Notes under the pieces: model-generated
Databases searched by the model: none
The model's input: the letters and a program-made list of their open reading frames with translations, nothing else
Told to the model about the DNA's origin: nothing
Source of the DNA: Bacteroidales bacterium UBA4814
GTDB taxonomy: Bacteria; Bacteroidota; Bacteroidia; Bacteroidales; UBA7960
Direction: 5' to 3'
Length of the DNA: 64,000 bases
Assembly (NCBI GenBank): GCA_002402465.1
Contig: DHFW01000004.1
Span: 19,772 to 83,771, forward strand
Position numbers and translations under genes: made by a program
Shown: piece by piece, positions 10,498-19,737 of the stretch
Numbering within the stretch: the stretch's first letter is position 1
How the letters are laid out: each line of letters starts with the position of its first letter

Positions 10498-10527
10498 TTT
10501 GCTTGTAGATTTAATTCTTTATTTTTG
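10498..10527 (+). promoter_or_regulatory. sigma-A promoter (TTTG, 18 nt, TATTTTTG) for the symporter/CoA-transferase/oxidoreductase operon
   Basis: TTTG at 10498-10501 and TAnnTTTG at 10520-10527. Confidence 0.55.
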
Positions 10528-10673
10528 CCGCCACAACAGACGCCTGAAAACGCTTTTTCTGTAAGGAAATCTGTTCACATAAAAAACGGATTATGTTTCT
10601 TAACAGCGGATAAGCAAGCAGCAATTACCGGCTGAAATTAACCAATAAAAAAACCAAAAAACATCACCCTGAA

Positions 10674-12164
10674 ATGAATATTTATCTGCTGATTGTTGTG
10701 GCCTATTTTGGCTTAATTACCCTTATCTCACTCTTTACGAAAAAAGTTGCCAGCCGTTCTGCTGCCGATTTCCTTGTGGCCGGACGCAACCTTGGCATTG
10801 TGGCCTGCTCCGTGGTGGTAGCATCGGAATGGCTGGGGGGCATGAGCACCATTGGCGTAAGCGAAAAAGCCTTTACTTCGGGCACCATGCAGCCAATTCT
10901 TTACAACATTTCCACGGCCATTGGTATGGTTATTATCGGTTTCACGGTGGCACGCCACTATCGCGAGAACAATGTGCATACGGTTAGCGAAATGCTCGAA
11001 AACCTGTTTGGCAAGCGGGTCCGTGCCATTTCAGCCATTGCTTTTCTTTTTGCCTATGTAATTCTTGCCTTTGTGCAGTTGCAAACGGCTGCCAGCGTGA
11101 TCTCGGCCATGTTCGGAACACCCTGGCTGCAATCGGTTATAATAAGTTCGGTGGTAATTACGGCCTACACTTACGTAGGAGGCATGCACGCCCTGGCCAT
11201 TTCCGGCATCATCCATGTAGTGGTCATGTTTTTTGGCATTGGGGTGGCCGCCATCATTGGCATTGGCGATGTAGGCGGATTTGTTGCACTGAAAGAAGCT
11301 ATGATAGACCAGGGCTCACCCACCAATCTATACAATCCGTTTAGCGGAGGCCTCTCTTACGCCTGGAGCCTGATCCTTGGTGGTGTGCTTGGCGGTATGG
11401 CGGGGCAAGCCAGCATTCAGCCCATTTTTGCAGCCCGCAGTGCATCCATTGCAAAAAAGTCAGCTATCCTATCAGCATTTATCATTGCTCCCTTTGGCAT
11501 ACTGGTAGCCCTGCTTGGACTGGTGGCCAAAACGGGCAACTTTTTCAGCTTGACAGGTCCCGAAAGCCCGCTTTGGGATAGCGCACTGCAAGTGATCAAC
11601 CCAAAAATGGTACTTCCCACCCTTATGGTGACCCCCGAATTTATCCACCCAGTGCTGGGCGGCATTGCGCTGGCCGGAATCCTGGCGGCCATTCTTTCTA
11701 CCGTTGGGCCCGTAAACTTTGCCGTGGTTACCATTGCCACAAAAGACATTTATCACGGCCTGATAAACAAAACCGCCGTTGATCAAAAGCTGATCTCTAC
11801 GGCCCGCAAGCTGGTTATTGTGGTGAACCTGCTGACCATTCCCCTGGCATATTACGCCTCCGGCGCTATCCTCAACACCGCCTATATCTCATACGGCATT
11901 CGGGCCATTGGTGCCATTGTCATTATTCTGGGAATATACGGGCGTGGGTGGATCACCATTGAAGGGGTTCGCCTGGCCTTTATCGGAGGTACCATTGCCG
12001 TGCTTTTAAATATCGTGCTGCGCGTTATGGGTGTAATCAGCATTGAAGACACCTATGTGGCCGTTGGAGCTGCCGTATTGTTTATTATTATCGGAAATAT
12101 TGTCGGTAAAAGAAAACCCAAGATGCTTCCTTCCATTGAGGAGGATGCAAGCAAGGAGATTTAA
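10674..12164 (+). CDS. Sodium:solute symporter (SSS family)
   Basis: Polytopic hydrophobic protein with DFLVAGRNLG, YTYVGGM and GILAAILST motifs of SLC5/PutP-like symporters. Confidence 0.85.
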   Translation: MNIYLLIVVAYFGLITLISLFTKKVASRSAADFLVAGRNLGIVACSVVVASEWLGGMSTIGVSEKAFTSGTMQPILYNISTAIGMVIIGFTVARHYRENNVHTVSEMLENLFGKRVRAISAIAFLFAYVILAFVQLQTAASVISAMFGTPWLQSVIISSVVITAYTYVGGMHALAISGIIHVVVMFFGIGVAAIIGIGDVGGFVALKEAMIDQGSPTNLYNPFSGGLSYAWSLILGGVLGGMAGQASIQPIFAARSASIAKKSAILSAFIIAPFGILVALLGLVAKTGNFFSLTGPESPLWDSALQVINPKMVLPTLMVTPEFIHPVLGGIALAGILAAILSTVGPVNFAVVTIATKDIYHGLINKTAVDQKLISTARKLVIVVNLLTIPLAYYASGAILNTAYISYGIRAIGAIVIILGIYGRGWITIEGVRLAFIGGTIAVLLNIVLRVMGVISIEDTYVAVGAAVLFIIIGNIVGKRKPKMLPSIEEDASKEI

Positions 12165-12167
12165 ACT

Positions 12168-13388
12168 ATGACAGAAAAAACGCCCTTGTCGGGATTAAAG
12201 GTGCTTGAGCTGGCCAGCGTGCTGGCCGGCCCCAGCGTGGGTATGTTCTTTGCCGAGTTGGGGGCAACCGTGATTAAGGTGGAGAACGTGACCACGCATG
12301 GCGATGTAACCCGCAACTGGAAACTGCCCAAAGAGCCGGCCGACAGCGACATTTCAGGTTACTTTTCTTGTGTTAACTGGGGAAAGTCGTCTTTTGCAGT
12401 GGATCTATGCCAGCCCGAAGGCCTTGACCTTATTTACCAGCTCAGCGCCCAATGCGACATTGTGCTGGTAAGTTACAAGCCCGGCGATGCTGAAAAACTG
12501 AAAGTTGACTATCCCACCCTGAAAAGATATAACGAGAAGATTATTTATTCGCACCTTACAGGATATGGCCTGAAAAACCGCCGGGCCGGCTTCGATGCCA
12601 TAATACAGGCCGAGAGCGGTTTCACCTTTATGAACGGCGAACCCGATGGGCCTCCCACCAAAATGCCCGTTGCACTGATGGACATCCTGGCGGCGCACCA
12701 CCTGAAGGAAGCCATTCTGTTGGCCCTGCTCTACCGGGAGCGAACAGGAAAGGGACAATACATTGAGGCCTCCCTGTTTAAAGCAGGGCTCTCATCACTG
12801 GCCAATCAGGCCACAAACTGGCTGGTGGGGCAATCTATACCGCAACGTATGGGATCAGATCATCCCAATATTGTTCCTTATGGCACCATTTATAACACTG
12901 CCGATGGTAAAGGGATTGTAATCGCCGCAGGAACCGACAAGCAGTACCGCGAACTGATCAAAGCCCTTGGCCGCCCAGACCTTGCCGAAGATGCGCGCTT
13001 TGCCCGCAACCAGGACCGGGTTATCAACAAGGCCGAAATCAATGGCATAATACAGGACCTGGTGAGTAAATACAAGCGCGAAGAGATTCTTCACATTTTG
13101 GAAGAAAAGCGTATCCCTGCCGGCGGAGTTTTCAACATGAAAGAAGTTTTTGAGGTGCCCGAGTCGGAAGAAATGCTGCTGCACGGGCAATATGAATCCG
13201 GCAGGAAAATCATTGGAGTAAGGGCCATTGCCTTTAACACCAGCGATCCCATGACCATTGTCGAGCTGAGCCCCCCACCCCATTATGGCGAGCACACCCG
13301 CCACATTTTGGAGCAATGGCTGCATCTGTCCGAAACCAAGGTTGAAAATCTAATTAATAAAGGAGTTGTTTATGCAAGAAAAAAGTAA
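12168..13388 (+). CDS. CaiB/BaiF family (class III) CoA-transferase
   Basis: PLSGLKVLELASVLAGP, LGATVIKVE, NWGKSS, GFDAIIQAESG, catalytic Asp in VALMDILAA, PPHYGEHT. Confidence 0.9.
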   Translation: MTEKTPLSGLKVLELASVLAGPSVGMFFAELGATVIKVENVTTHGDVTRNWKLPKEPADSDISGYFSCVNWGKSSFAVDLCQPEGLDLIYQLSAQCDIVLVSYKPGDAEKLKVDYPTLKRYNEKIIYSHLTGYGLKNRRAGFDAIIQAESGFTFMNGEPDGPPTKMPVALMDILAAHHLKEAILLALLYRERTGKGQYIEASLFKAGLSSLANQATNWLVGQSIPQRMGSDHPNIVPYGTIYNTADGKGIVIAAGTDKQYRELIKALGRPDLAEDARFARNQDRVINKAEINGIIQDLVSKYKREEILHILEEKRIPAGGVFNMKEVFEVPESEEMLLHGQYESGRKIIGVRAIAFNTSDPMTIVELSPPPHYGEHTRHILEQWLHLSETKVENLINKGVVYARKK

Positions 13389-14490
13389 AGGAAGCCGGGT
13401 GCTCATCGACGGTTCGCGCCTGATGATCGAAGCCCTGGCCCGGGCCGGGGCCGATGCCTTTATCGGTTACCCCATCACCCCTGCCAACCTCCTCTATCAG
13501 TATGGGAGCCAGCGCATGGAGCTGATGCTTGCGGCGCCCGACGAGATCACTACCCTGCAATGGATGAGCGGGCTGGCCGCAACGGGAAAGTTGCCGGTAA
13601 CAGCTACCTCCTTCCCGGGTTTTGCACTGATGCTCGAATCCATGAACATGGCTTATATGATGGAACTGCCCATGGTAATCATTCTGGTACAGCGCCTGGG
13701 GCCTGCCACAGGCACCGCCACCTGTGGGGCACAGGGCGACCTTCTGCTGCTCAAGGGCATGATTTCCGGCGGTCATCCCATACCAGTGCTGGCTACGGCC
13801 GATTTCATGGACTGCTGGCAACTCTCGGCAAAAGCAGCAGAGATTGCCGTTAGCCTGCGTACCCCAGTGGTGCTTCTCACCTCAAAAGAAGAGGTTATGA
13901 CCCACAAAAGCTTTAACCTCGACTTGCTGCAAGAAATAAATAAGGTGGAAAGAAAGGAATTCCAGCTCGATTGTGAATACAAGTCGTACAAGCCCACCGA
14001 TTTTGTACCCGATTTTCTGCCCGTGACGCAAAAGCGTTACCAGGTGAGGTTGAATGCGTCGACCCACGACCAGACCGGCATCCTTCAGCACTCCAACGAA
14101 GAGTCGATGGCCAACACCCGCCGCCTCGAAGAAAAAGTGCTGCATCGCATGAAAGCCCACTACTATTACACCTTCGACGAGCAGAAAGAGGCTAGCAAAC
14201 TGGTGATTGCCTATGGCATCACTTCATCTGCGGCCATCGACGCCGTTGAAATGCTGCGCGGACAAGGAGAGAAAGTATCGCTGCTCATTCCTAAAACCCT
14301 GATTCCCTGCCCCGACTTTTACCGGGAACTTATTTTAAATTACCCCCGGGTGGTGATAGCCGAAGAAAACATTAATCATCAGTTTGCCAGCCTGTTGTTC
14401 GGGCAAAACTTTCCTGAAAACCTGGCCTTTTGCGGCAGCCTGGGCAAGATGATCAGCCCCGGTGAAATTATGGAGGAAGTAAACAAATGA
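13372..14490 (+). CDS. 2-oxoacid:ferredoxin oxidoreductase alpha-type subunit
   Basis: GYPITPA, DEI, TATSFPGFALMLE, QRLGPATG and AQGD match the OFOR alpha domain; overlaps the upstream stop codon. Confidence 0.85.
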   Translation: MQEKSKGSRVLIDGSRLMIEALARAGADAFIGYPITPANLLYQYGSQRMELMLAAPDEITTLQWMSGLAATGKLPVTATSFPGFALMLESMNMAYMMELPMVIILVQRLGPATGTATCGAQGDLLLLKGMISGGHPIPVLATADFMDCWQLSAKAAEIAVSLRTPVVLLTSKEEVMTHKSFNLDLLQEINKVERKEFQLDCEYKSYKPTDFVPDFLPVTQKRYQVRLNASTHDQTGILQHSNEESMANTRRLEEKVLHRMKAHYYYTFDEQKEASKLVIAYGITSSAAIDAVEMLRGQGEKVSLLIPKTLIPCPDFYRELILNYPRVVIAEENINHQFASLLFGQNFPENLAFCGSLGKMISPGEIMEEVNK

Positions 14491-15755
14491 ACATACCATT
14501 TCTGAAAACCGATGCCCTGCCATTTTGCAAGGGCTGCGGACACGACCTGATTGCCAAAAACACGACCCGTGCTCTTGAAAAGCTGGGGTTTAAGCCGCTC
14601 GATGTAATCATCGTAACCGACATTGGCTGCCATGGCATCATCGACAAGTGCCTCAACACCCACACCGTTCACGGCTTGCACGGACGTTCGGCTGCCCTGG
14701 GTGCCGGCATCACCTTTGGCGTGGAAGAACCCGGGAAAAAAGTGATTGTTTTTATTGGCGATGGGGGTTCAACCATTGGTCTTCAGCACATAATGGAGGC
14801 TGCCCGCCTGAACCTGAACATGACCGTGGTGGTGCACAACAACTTCCTGTACGGGATGACCGGCGGACAAACCAGCGGACTGACGCCGCACGGCTTTAAT
14901 ACCACCACTTCTTTCGAAGGAAACCCCTATGCCGGCTACGACATCTGCGCCCTGTCGCACACGGCGGGTGCCAGCCATGTGACACGCGTTATGGGCATTG
15001 GCGACATTTCCGACAAGCTAGCGGTGGCATTCGGCACCAGGGGCTTCTCATTGGTGGAGGTTATGGAAATCTGCCCCAGCTATGGAATGAAACTCAACCC
15101 AAAAAGGAAACTAAGTGAAATTGTGGAGAGCGCGGGTAAGGAAATCGGCGAATGGTTCAATCAGCGTGAACCTTTTAACATCCGCCAGGGGAAAAAAATC
15201 GCCGACCTGCTTGAAAAAACCAGGCCGGTTGAAAAAGGTTTCAAAAGTTACCTCAAGAAAAACACTTCAGTAATCCTGAGCGGTTCGGCCGGAGAAGGCG
15301 TACAACTTGCCGCCAGCTTGCTGTGCAAGGCGGCCATGCGTTCGGGCTTATCAATTACCCAGAAAGGAAGTTACCCCGTAACAGTGGGTGTGGGCTTTTC
15401 AACAGCCGAGATCAATCTTTCGCCCGAAGAGATTCACTTCCATGGTATTGCCGTCCCCGACATGGTGGTAATAACCTCGGGCGATGGGCTGGCACATAAT
15501 AAACAACGCATTGCCAAAATGAAAGACGGCTTCCTGTTTATTGACCAAAGCCTGGAAGTTCCATCAACAGGAGCTCAGGTTATTCAGCACAATTTCCGCG
15601 GTATTGGCGCAAGAAACGCCTCCATCTTTTCCATTTTTTTCCTGGCAATGAAAACAGGTATCATAAGTACCGAATCCATTTTGAAAACCATAGAAGAGGA
15701 AGGAATGACAGAAAAATTGCCCGTGGCAAAAATAAAGGAAGCCCTGGTACAATAA
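14487..15755 (+). CDS. 2-oxoacid:ferredoxin oxidoreductase beta (TPP/4Fe-4S) subunit fused to a gamma-type domain
   Basis: FCKGCGH, TDIGC, GDGG...NNFLYGMTGGQTS (TPP motif) and EICP, followed by a C-terminal GSAGEGVQLAASLL gamma-like domain. Confidence 0.85.
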   Translation: MNIPFLKTDALPFCKGCGHDLIAKNTTRALEKLGFKPLDVIIVTDIGCHGIIDKCLNTHTVHGLHGRSAALGAGITFGVEEPGKKVIVFIGDGGSTIGLQHIMEAARLNLNMTVVVHNNFLYGMTGGQTSGLTPHGFNTTTSFEGNPYAGYDICALSHTAGASHVTRVMGIGDISDKLAVAFGTRGFSLVEVMEICPSYGMKLNPKRKLSEIVESAGKEIGEWFNQREPFNIRQGKKIADLLEKTRPVEKGFKSYLKKNTSVILSGSAGEGVQLAASLLCKAAMRSGLSITQKGSYPVTVGVGFSTAEINLSPEEIHFHGIAVPDMVVITSGDGLAHNKQRIAKMKDGFLFIDQSLEVPSTGAQVIQHNFRGIGARNASIFSIFFLAMKTGIISTESILKTIEEEGMTEKLPVAKIKEALVQ

Positions 15756-15767
15756 GCTGGCACTAAC

Positions 15768-15801
15768 AAAAAAAGGGATGCTATTGCGCATCCTTTTTTT
15801 T
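15768..15801. terminator. Bidirectional intrinsic terminator between convergent genes
   Basis: AAAAAAAGGGATGC-TATTGC-GCATCCTTTTTTTT; overlaps the 3' end of the SirB1-like gene. Confidence 0.7.
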
Positions 15802-16683
15802 GTATTTTCTCAGCACTGCCCTGATGTGTTCCATTTCTCTTTTTTTATCGAGCATGCCTTCATTTTCATAAGCATTTACCAGGTTGTTGATCATGCGCAA
15901 CACAATGTCGCAATTGCTGCACGGTTCGTAATACGAAGGCGATAGATCAAGGTTTAGCTGGTTAATGTATTTCTCCACCTCCTGGGCCGAAAAAACCATT
16001 CCGCGACTAAACGGGTTGATGTAGAACAACACCTTGTTGTCTTCCATTCGCATGGTTTCTGTGTCGAAGGCTTTACCAGTAAAGGCCAACACAAAATGTT
16101 CCGGCAGGTTCACTCCGTACACCGGCATATCCAGGCTTTGGGCTATCAGCATATATATGGTGCTCAATGACAACGGATTGCCTTTGCGGGAATGCAGCAC
16201 CTGATTAATGTAGGAGTTGTTGTAAGCATGGTAGTTTTCCAGGTTCCCGCTAAAGCCATGCACATCAAAAAACACATGATTAAAAACCTTTATCTGCTCC
16301 AGGGCGGTAAGGTTTTCATTAAGTTCGAGCCATATATCCTTTCGAATCTGGTTCAATTCGTACTGGATATCCTCTTCATTCAGGCCGGGATAATGGTACC
16401 TCGAAAGGGTAATCCAAGTAGAAAGAATATCGTGGCAGTCCTTGGCGAAGGCCTGTATAAGCTGTTGCACCACATGATCGAAGTTAATCTGGTGCATGAG
16501 CATTTCAATCCGATTTTGCACCAGGGGATCGAAGCAATTGTCCCAGGCTTTCTGCAGAAAAGGAACAACCTCCGGGCCGAAATCATGAAGTTTTTCCGAT
16601 ACCTGCCGGAAAATTTCAAAGTCCGGATCGTCAACCAGACTCACCAGGGCCTCCATCTCACGAATTTTGGTATCGCTGTCCAT
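15781..16683 (-). CDS. Transglutaminase-like SirB1 family protein
   Basis: LVDDPD N-terminus, NSYINQVL..RKGNPLSLS, GVNLPEHF and FYINPF motifs. Confidence 0.82.
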   Translation of the reverse strand: MDSDTKIREMEALVSLVDDPDFEIFRQVSEKLHDFGPEVVPFLQKAWDNCFDPLVQNRIEMLMHQINFDHVVQQLIQAFAKDCHDILSTWITLSRYHYPGLNEEDIQYELNQIRKDIWLELNENLTALEQIKVFNHVFFDVHGFSGNLENYHAYNNSYINQVLHSRKGNPLSLSTIYMLIAQSLDMPVYGVNLPEHFVLAFTGKAFDTETMRMEDNKVLFYINPFSRGMVFSAQEVEKYINQLNLDLSPSYYEPCSNCDIVLRMINNLVNAYENEGMLDKKREMEHIRAVLRKYKKKDAQ

Positions 16684-16695
16684 GGCAATAGGGTA

Positions 16696-17568
16696 TTATG
16701 AAGTTAATCGCTCTAGCACCAGCTGAATCATCTTTTCAACAGAGGCTTTGTAATCTTTGCTAAACTGCTTGGTAACCCGGTTGGCTATAATATCGCAGAT
16801 CGTCAGGGTATGATGTCCGAGGATTCTTCCCAGGGCATAAATGGCCGAGGTCTCCATCTCAAAATTGGTTATACGCTGATTATCAAAACAGAAATCTTCA
16901 ATTTTTTCGTTCAATTCGGGAAAAGCCAGCGGTATGCGCAACTGCCTGCCCTGGGGTCCGTAAAATCCGTTGGCAGTGGCAGTAATTCCTGAGGGCATAC
17001 CATAGGCCAGCTTTTTGAGGAGCATTTCGGAACCTTTAATTATGTAAGGATAGGGTAACCTGTGATTCCAACCGGTATGATGAATAAAGGCCTCTGTCAT
17101 TTCCTTTTCGAGAATTTTTTCATCGTAGTGATAAAAATTCAGGAGTCCATCGAAACCCAGGCCATAGGCCGAAGCCACGAAAGAGTCTACCTCCAGGCCG
17201 GGCTGCAAGGCTCCTGAAGTGCCCAGCCTGATCAGGTTCAGTGCAGTGTGTTTTTCTTTGGGAATTCTTTTTCCCAGATCAATGTTTACAGCGGCATCCA
17301 ACTCGTTGACCACAATATCGATATTATCGGTACCTATACCGGTTGATAAAACCGTGAGCCGCTTTCCATTCAGGGTACCGGTGTGGGTTACAAATTCCCG
17401 GCCAGCCTTCTTTACCTCAATTTTATCGAAATGCTTTGAAATAACTGGTACTCTATGCTGATCGCCAACCAGTATTACAGTGTCGGCCACATCTTCGGGC
17501 CTGAGGTGAATATGATACACACTCCCATCAGGATTGAGAATAAGTTCAGAATCTTTAAATTTCTTCAT
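16696..17568 (-). CDS. Nucleoside (uridine) phosphorylase
   Basis: SELILNPDGSVYH, REFVTHTG, STGIGTDNIDIV, RLGTSG, GFYGPQGR and NFEMETS motifs; TAAATTTG -7 element at 17604-17611 (minus strand). Confidence 0.88.
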   Translation of the reverse strand: MKKFKDSELILNPDGSVYHIHLRPEDVADTVILVGDQHRVPVISKHFDKIEVKKAGREFVTHTGTLNGKRLTVLSTGIGTDNIDIVVNELDAAVNIDLGKRIPKEKHTALNLIRLGTSGALQPGLEVDSFVASAYGLGFDGLLNFYHYDEKILEKEMTEAFIHHTGWNHRLPYPYIIKGSEMLLKKLAYGMPSGITATANGFYGPQGRQLRIPLAFPELNEKIEDFCFDNQRITNFEMETSAIYALGRILGHHTLTICDIIANRVTKQFSKDYKASVEKMIQLVLERLTS

Positions 17569-17671
17569 ATTTTTTTCCAAAAAAAGAATATCCCATTAAA
17601 AAGCAAATTTAGAAATAAATCGCATAATTACCTATTATTCTTAACTTCGCGGCACAAAATGAAACAATTCC

Positions 17672-18913
17672 ATGCATGCAGAGATCATAACCATAGGCGA
17701 AGAGCTTCTTATTGGACAAATAGTGAATACCAACGCGGCCTGGATAGCAGAGAGGCTCAACGAGGCAGGCGTAAAGGTGAGGCAGGTTTCGGTTGTTTCT
17801 GACACCGAAGAGGAGATTTTGCGTGTGCTGAGTGAGGCATTCGAAAGATCCTCGCTGGTATTGATGACCGGCGGGCTGGGCCCCACCCGCGACGATGTAA
17901 CCAAACTGGCGCTGTGCCATTTTTTCAACACTAGTCTTGTGCTCAACCAAGAAGTACTGGAAGATGTCAGAATGCTTTTCAGCCAGCGAAAGCTCCCCCT
18001 TACAGAGCTGAACCGACAGCAGGCACTGGTACCAGAAGCTGCCAGGGTAATTCGAAACGCCCATGGCACTGCTCCGGGTCTGTGGCTCGAAAAAGAAGGT
18101 AAAATTTGTGTAGCCATGCCAGGGGTGCCCTACGAAATGAAGACCATGATGGATGAGTATATTATTCCCGAACTGAAAAAACAACGCAAGAACCATTACA
18201 TTGTGCATCGCACCATTCTTACGCAAGGCATAGGGGAGTCGTTCCTTTCGGAAATAATTTCAGACTGGGAAAATAATCTGCCATCCTTTATCAAGCTGGC
18301 ATACTTACCTTCTCCAGGTATGGTAAGGCTTCGCCTGAGCGCAAGTGGTAGGAGCGAAAAAGAGCTTACCAAGGCCCTGGCTCAGCAAGAAGCAAAACTT
18401 GCAGAGCTGATTCCGGAGTATATCTGGGGCTTCGATCGCGACACCCTTGAAGGAGTTATTGGCAAGCTGCTGGTTGAAAAGGGCCTGACAGTCTCTACGG
18501 CCGAGAGCTGCACCGGAGGCTACCTTGCGCATAAGATCACCAGCGTGGCAGGCAGCAGCGCTTATTTCATGGGCAGTATTGTGGCTTATGCCAACGAGCT
18601 GAAGTCGCGTTTTCTTTGGGTAGATAAAAAACTTATTGAAAAACACGGTGCGGTTAGCCGCCAGGTGGTGGAAACCATGGCCCTGAACGGCTGCCAGACC
18701 ATGAGTTCTGATTTCTGTGTTGCTACCAGTGGCATTGCAGGGCCCGGAGGCGGCACCCCCGAAAAACCCGTGGGCACGGTTTGGATTGCTGTGGCCCATG
18801 GAGAAAAAGTAAGCAGCAAACTGCTGCATTTAGGTGACCAGCGCGACCGAAACATTGCCCGAGCCACCCTGGCAGCACTGGCATTGCTGCGCGAAAAAAT
18901 TCTGGAAGCATAG
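17672..18913 (+). CDS. cinA: Competence/damage-inducible protein CinA (MoCF-like domain plus PncC NMN deamidase)
   Basis: IGEELLIGQIVNTNA, TGGLGPTRDD, GTAPG, PGVP, AESCTGG and TSGIAGPGGGTPEKPVGTV motifs. Confidence 0.93.
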   Translation: MHAEIITIGEELLIGQIVNTNAAWIAERLNEAGVKVRQVSVVSDTEEEILRVLSEAFERSSLVLMTGGLGPTRDDVTKLALCHFFNTSLVLNQEVLEDVRMLFSQRKLPLTELNRQQALVPEAARVIRNAHGTAPGLWLEKEGKICVAMPGVPYEMKTMMDEYIIPELKKQRKNHYIVHRTILTQGIGESFLSEIISDWENNLPSFIKLAYLPSPGMVRLRLSASGRSEKELTKALAQQEAKLAELIPEYIWGFDRDTLEGVIGKLLVEKGLTVSTAESCTGGYLAHKITSVAGSSAYFMGSIVAYANELKSRFLWVDKKLIEKHGAVSRQVVETMALNGCQTMSSDFCVATSGIAGPGGGTPEKPVGTVWIAVAHGEKVSSKLLHLGDQRDRNIARATLAALALLREKILEA

Positions 18914-19524
18914 GTTCCAGCTTTCCGATCAACGATTTTAGTCCACACCATTGAATCAGCAACATTGGTCATTGTTTGGTTCTCAGGTTATGTTCCAGGT
19001 TCAGCCCAGCCAAAAATGGAACCAGTAATGTAAACTACATCCATTGCATGATTAAAGTCATCAGCATAGGTCATATCTACATTAAAGGTAACCTCAAAGG
19101 TTTCAACATAAACAGGCAATGCAATCAGGTCACCACCAGCAGGCAGGGTTACAAATAGGCCAAAACCTTCACCATTGCTATTGTTTGCGGGGTTAAGGAA
19201 GCTTGAAGCTACCACCGTCAGGGCTGCGCCATCAAGGCCAAGGGTAGAAAGAGGTGCGCTGTAAGCTACAACAGTAGTCTCGCCGTCGGCAGTATGGATT
19301 TCCAATACGTAATCAGTAGTGCCCAGTTCAAGGTAACCAGCAAATTCACCATAGGAGAAGGTGAAAAGTTCACCGGCACCAACGCCGGTTTCCCATACAC
19401 TTACTGTGGGGGCATCAGCCGAGTTGTGAATGATCTGAATGCTGGCAGTCTGGCCGGAAACAATTCCACCAATAACCATAAGGAGCAGACCCAAAAATAA
19501 GGATAGTAAATTGTTCTTCTTCAT
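18914..19524 (-). pseudogene. Degraded gene for a secreted DUF4397-type multidomain protein (in-frame stop, truncated)
   Basis: Signal peptide, then IQIIHNSADAPTV... (DUF4397-like), then VTFNVDM...VYITGS. A TAA at 18988-18990 interrupts GWAEPGT*PENQTMTNVADSMVWTKIV, and the frame continues into the cinA 3' end. Confidence 0.6.
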
Positions 19525-19737
19525 TGATTTCGTTTTTAGGGTTTGAAAATTTATTTACTATCAACTAACACATTTGATCAGGCAATTGCTTGCATTTTGT
19601 TTAATTTTTTTTGTATTTTTTTAAACATTATTTTTATTTAACTATTTTTCAATATATTATATTCAGAAACTCAGTAATAATTTAAATTGCTTAAGAGAAA
19701 AAAAATTGCTTACTTGCAACACCAAAACTCAAATGCT

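Noticed and set aside
10528-10673. Long leader before the symporter considered as a riboswitch
   Set aside because: No recognisable TPP, SAM, cobalamin or other aptamer consensus and no terminator hairpin seen; an Rfam/Infernal scan would be needed to exclude one.
18586-18972. 128-aa minus-strand ORF (MTNVADSMVW...)
   Set aside because: Only its first ~20 codons are the post-stop remainder of the pseudogene; the rest is antisense to cinA.
18988-18990. Possible programmed readthrough or selenocysteine/pyrrolysine codon
   Set aside because: The codon is TAA, not TGA or TAG, and the downstream frame is truncated by cinA, so decay is the simpler explanation.
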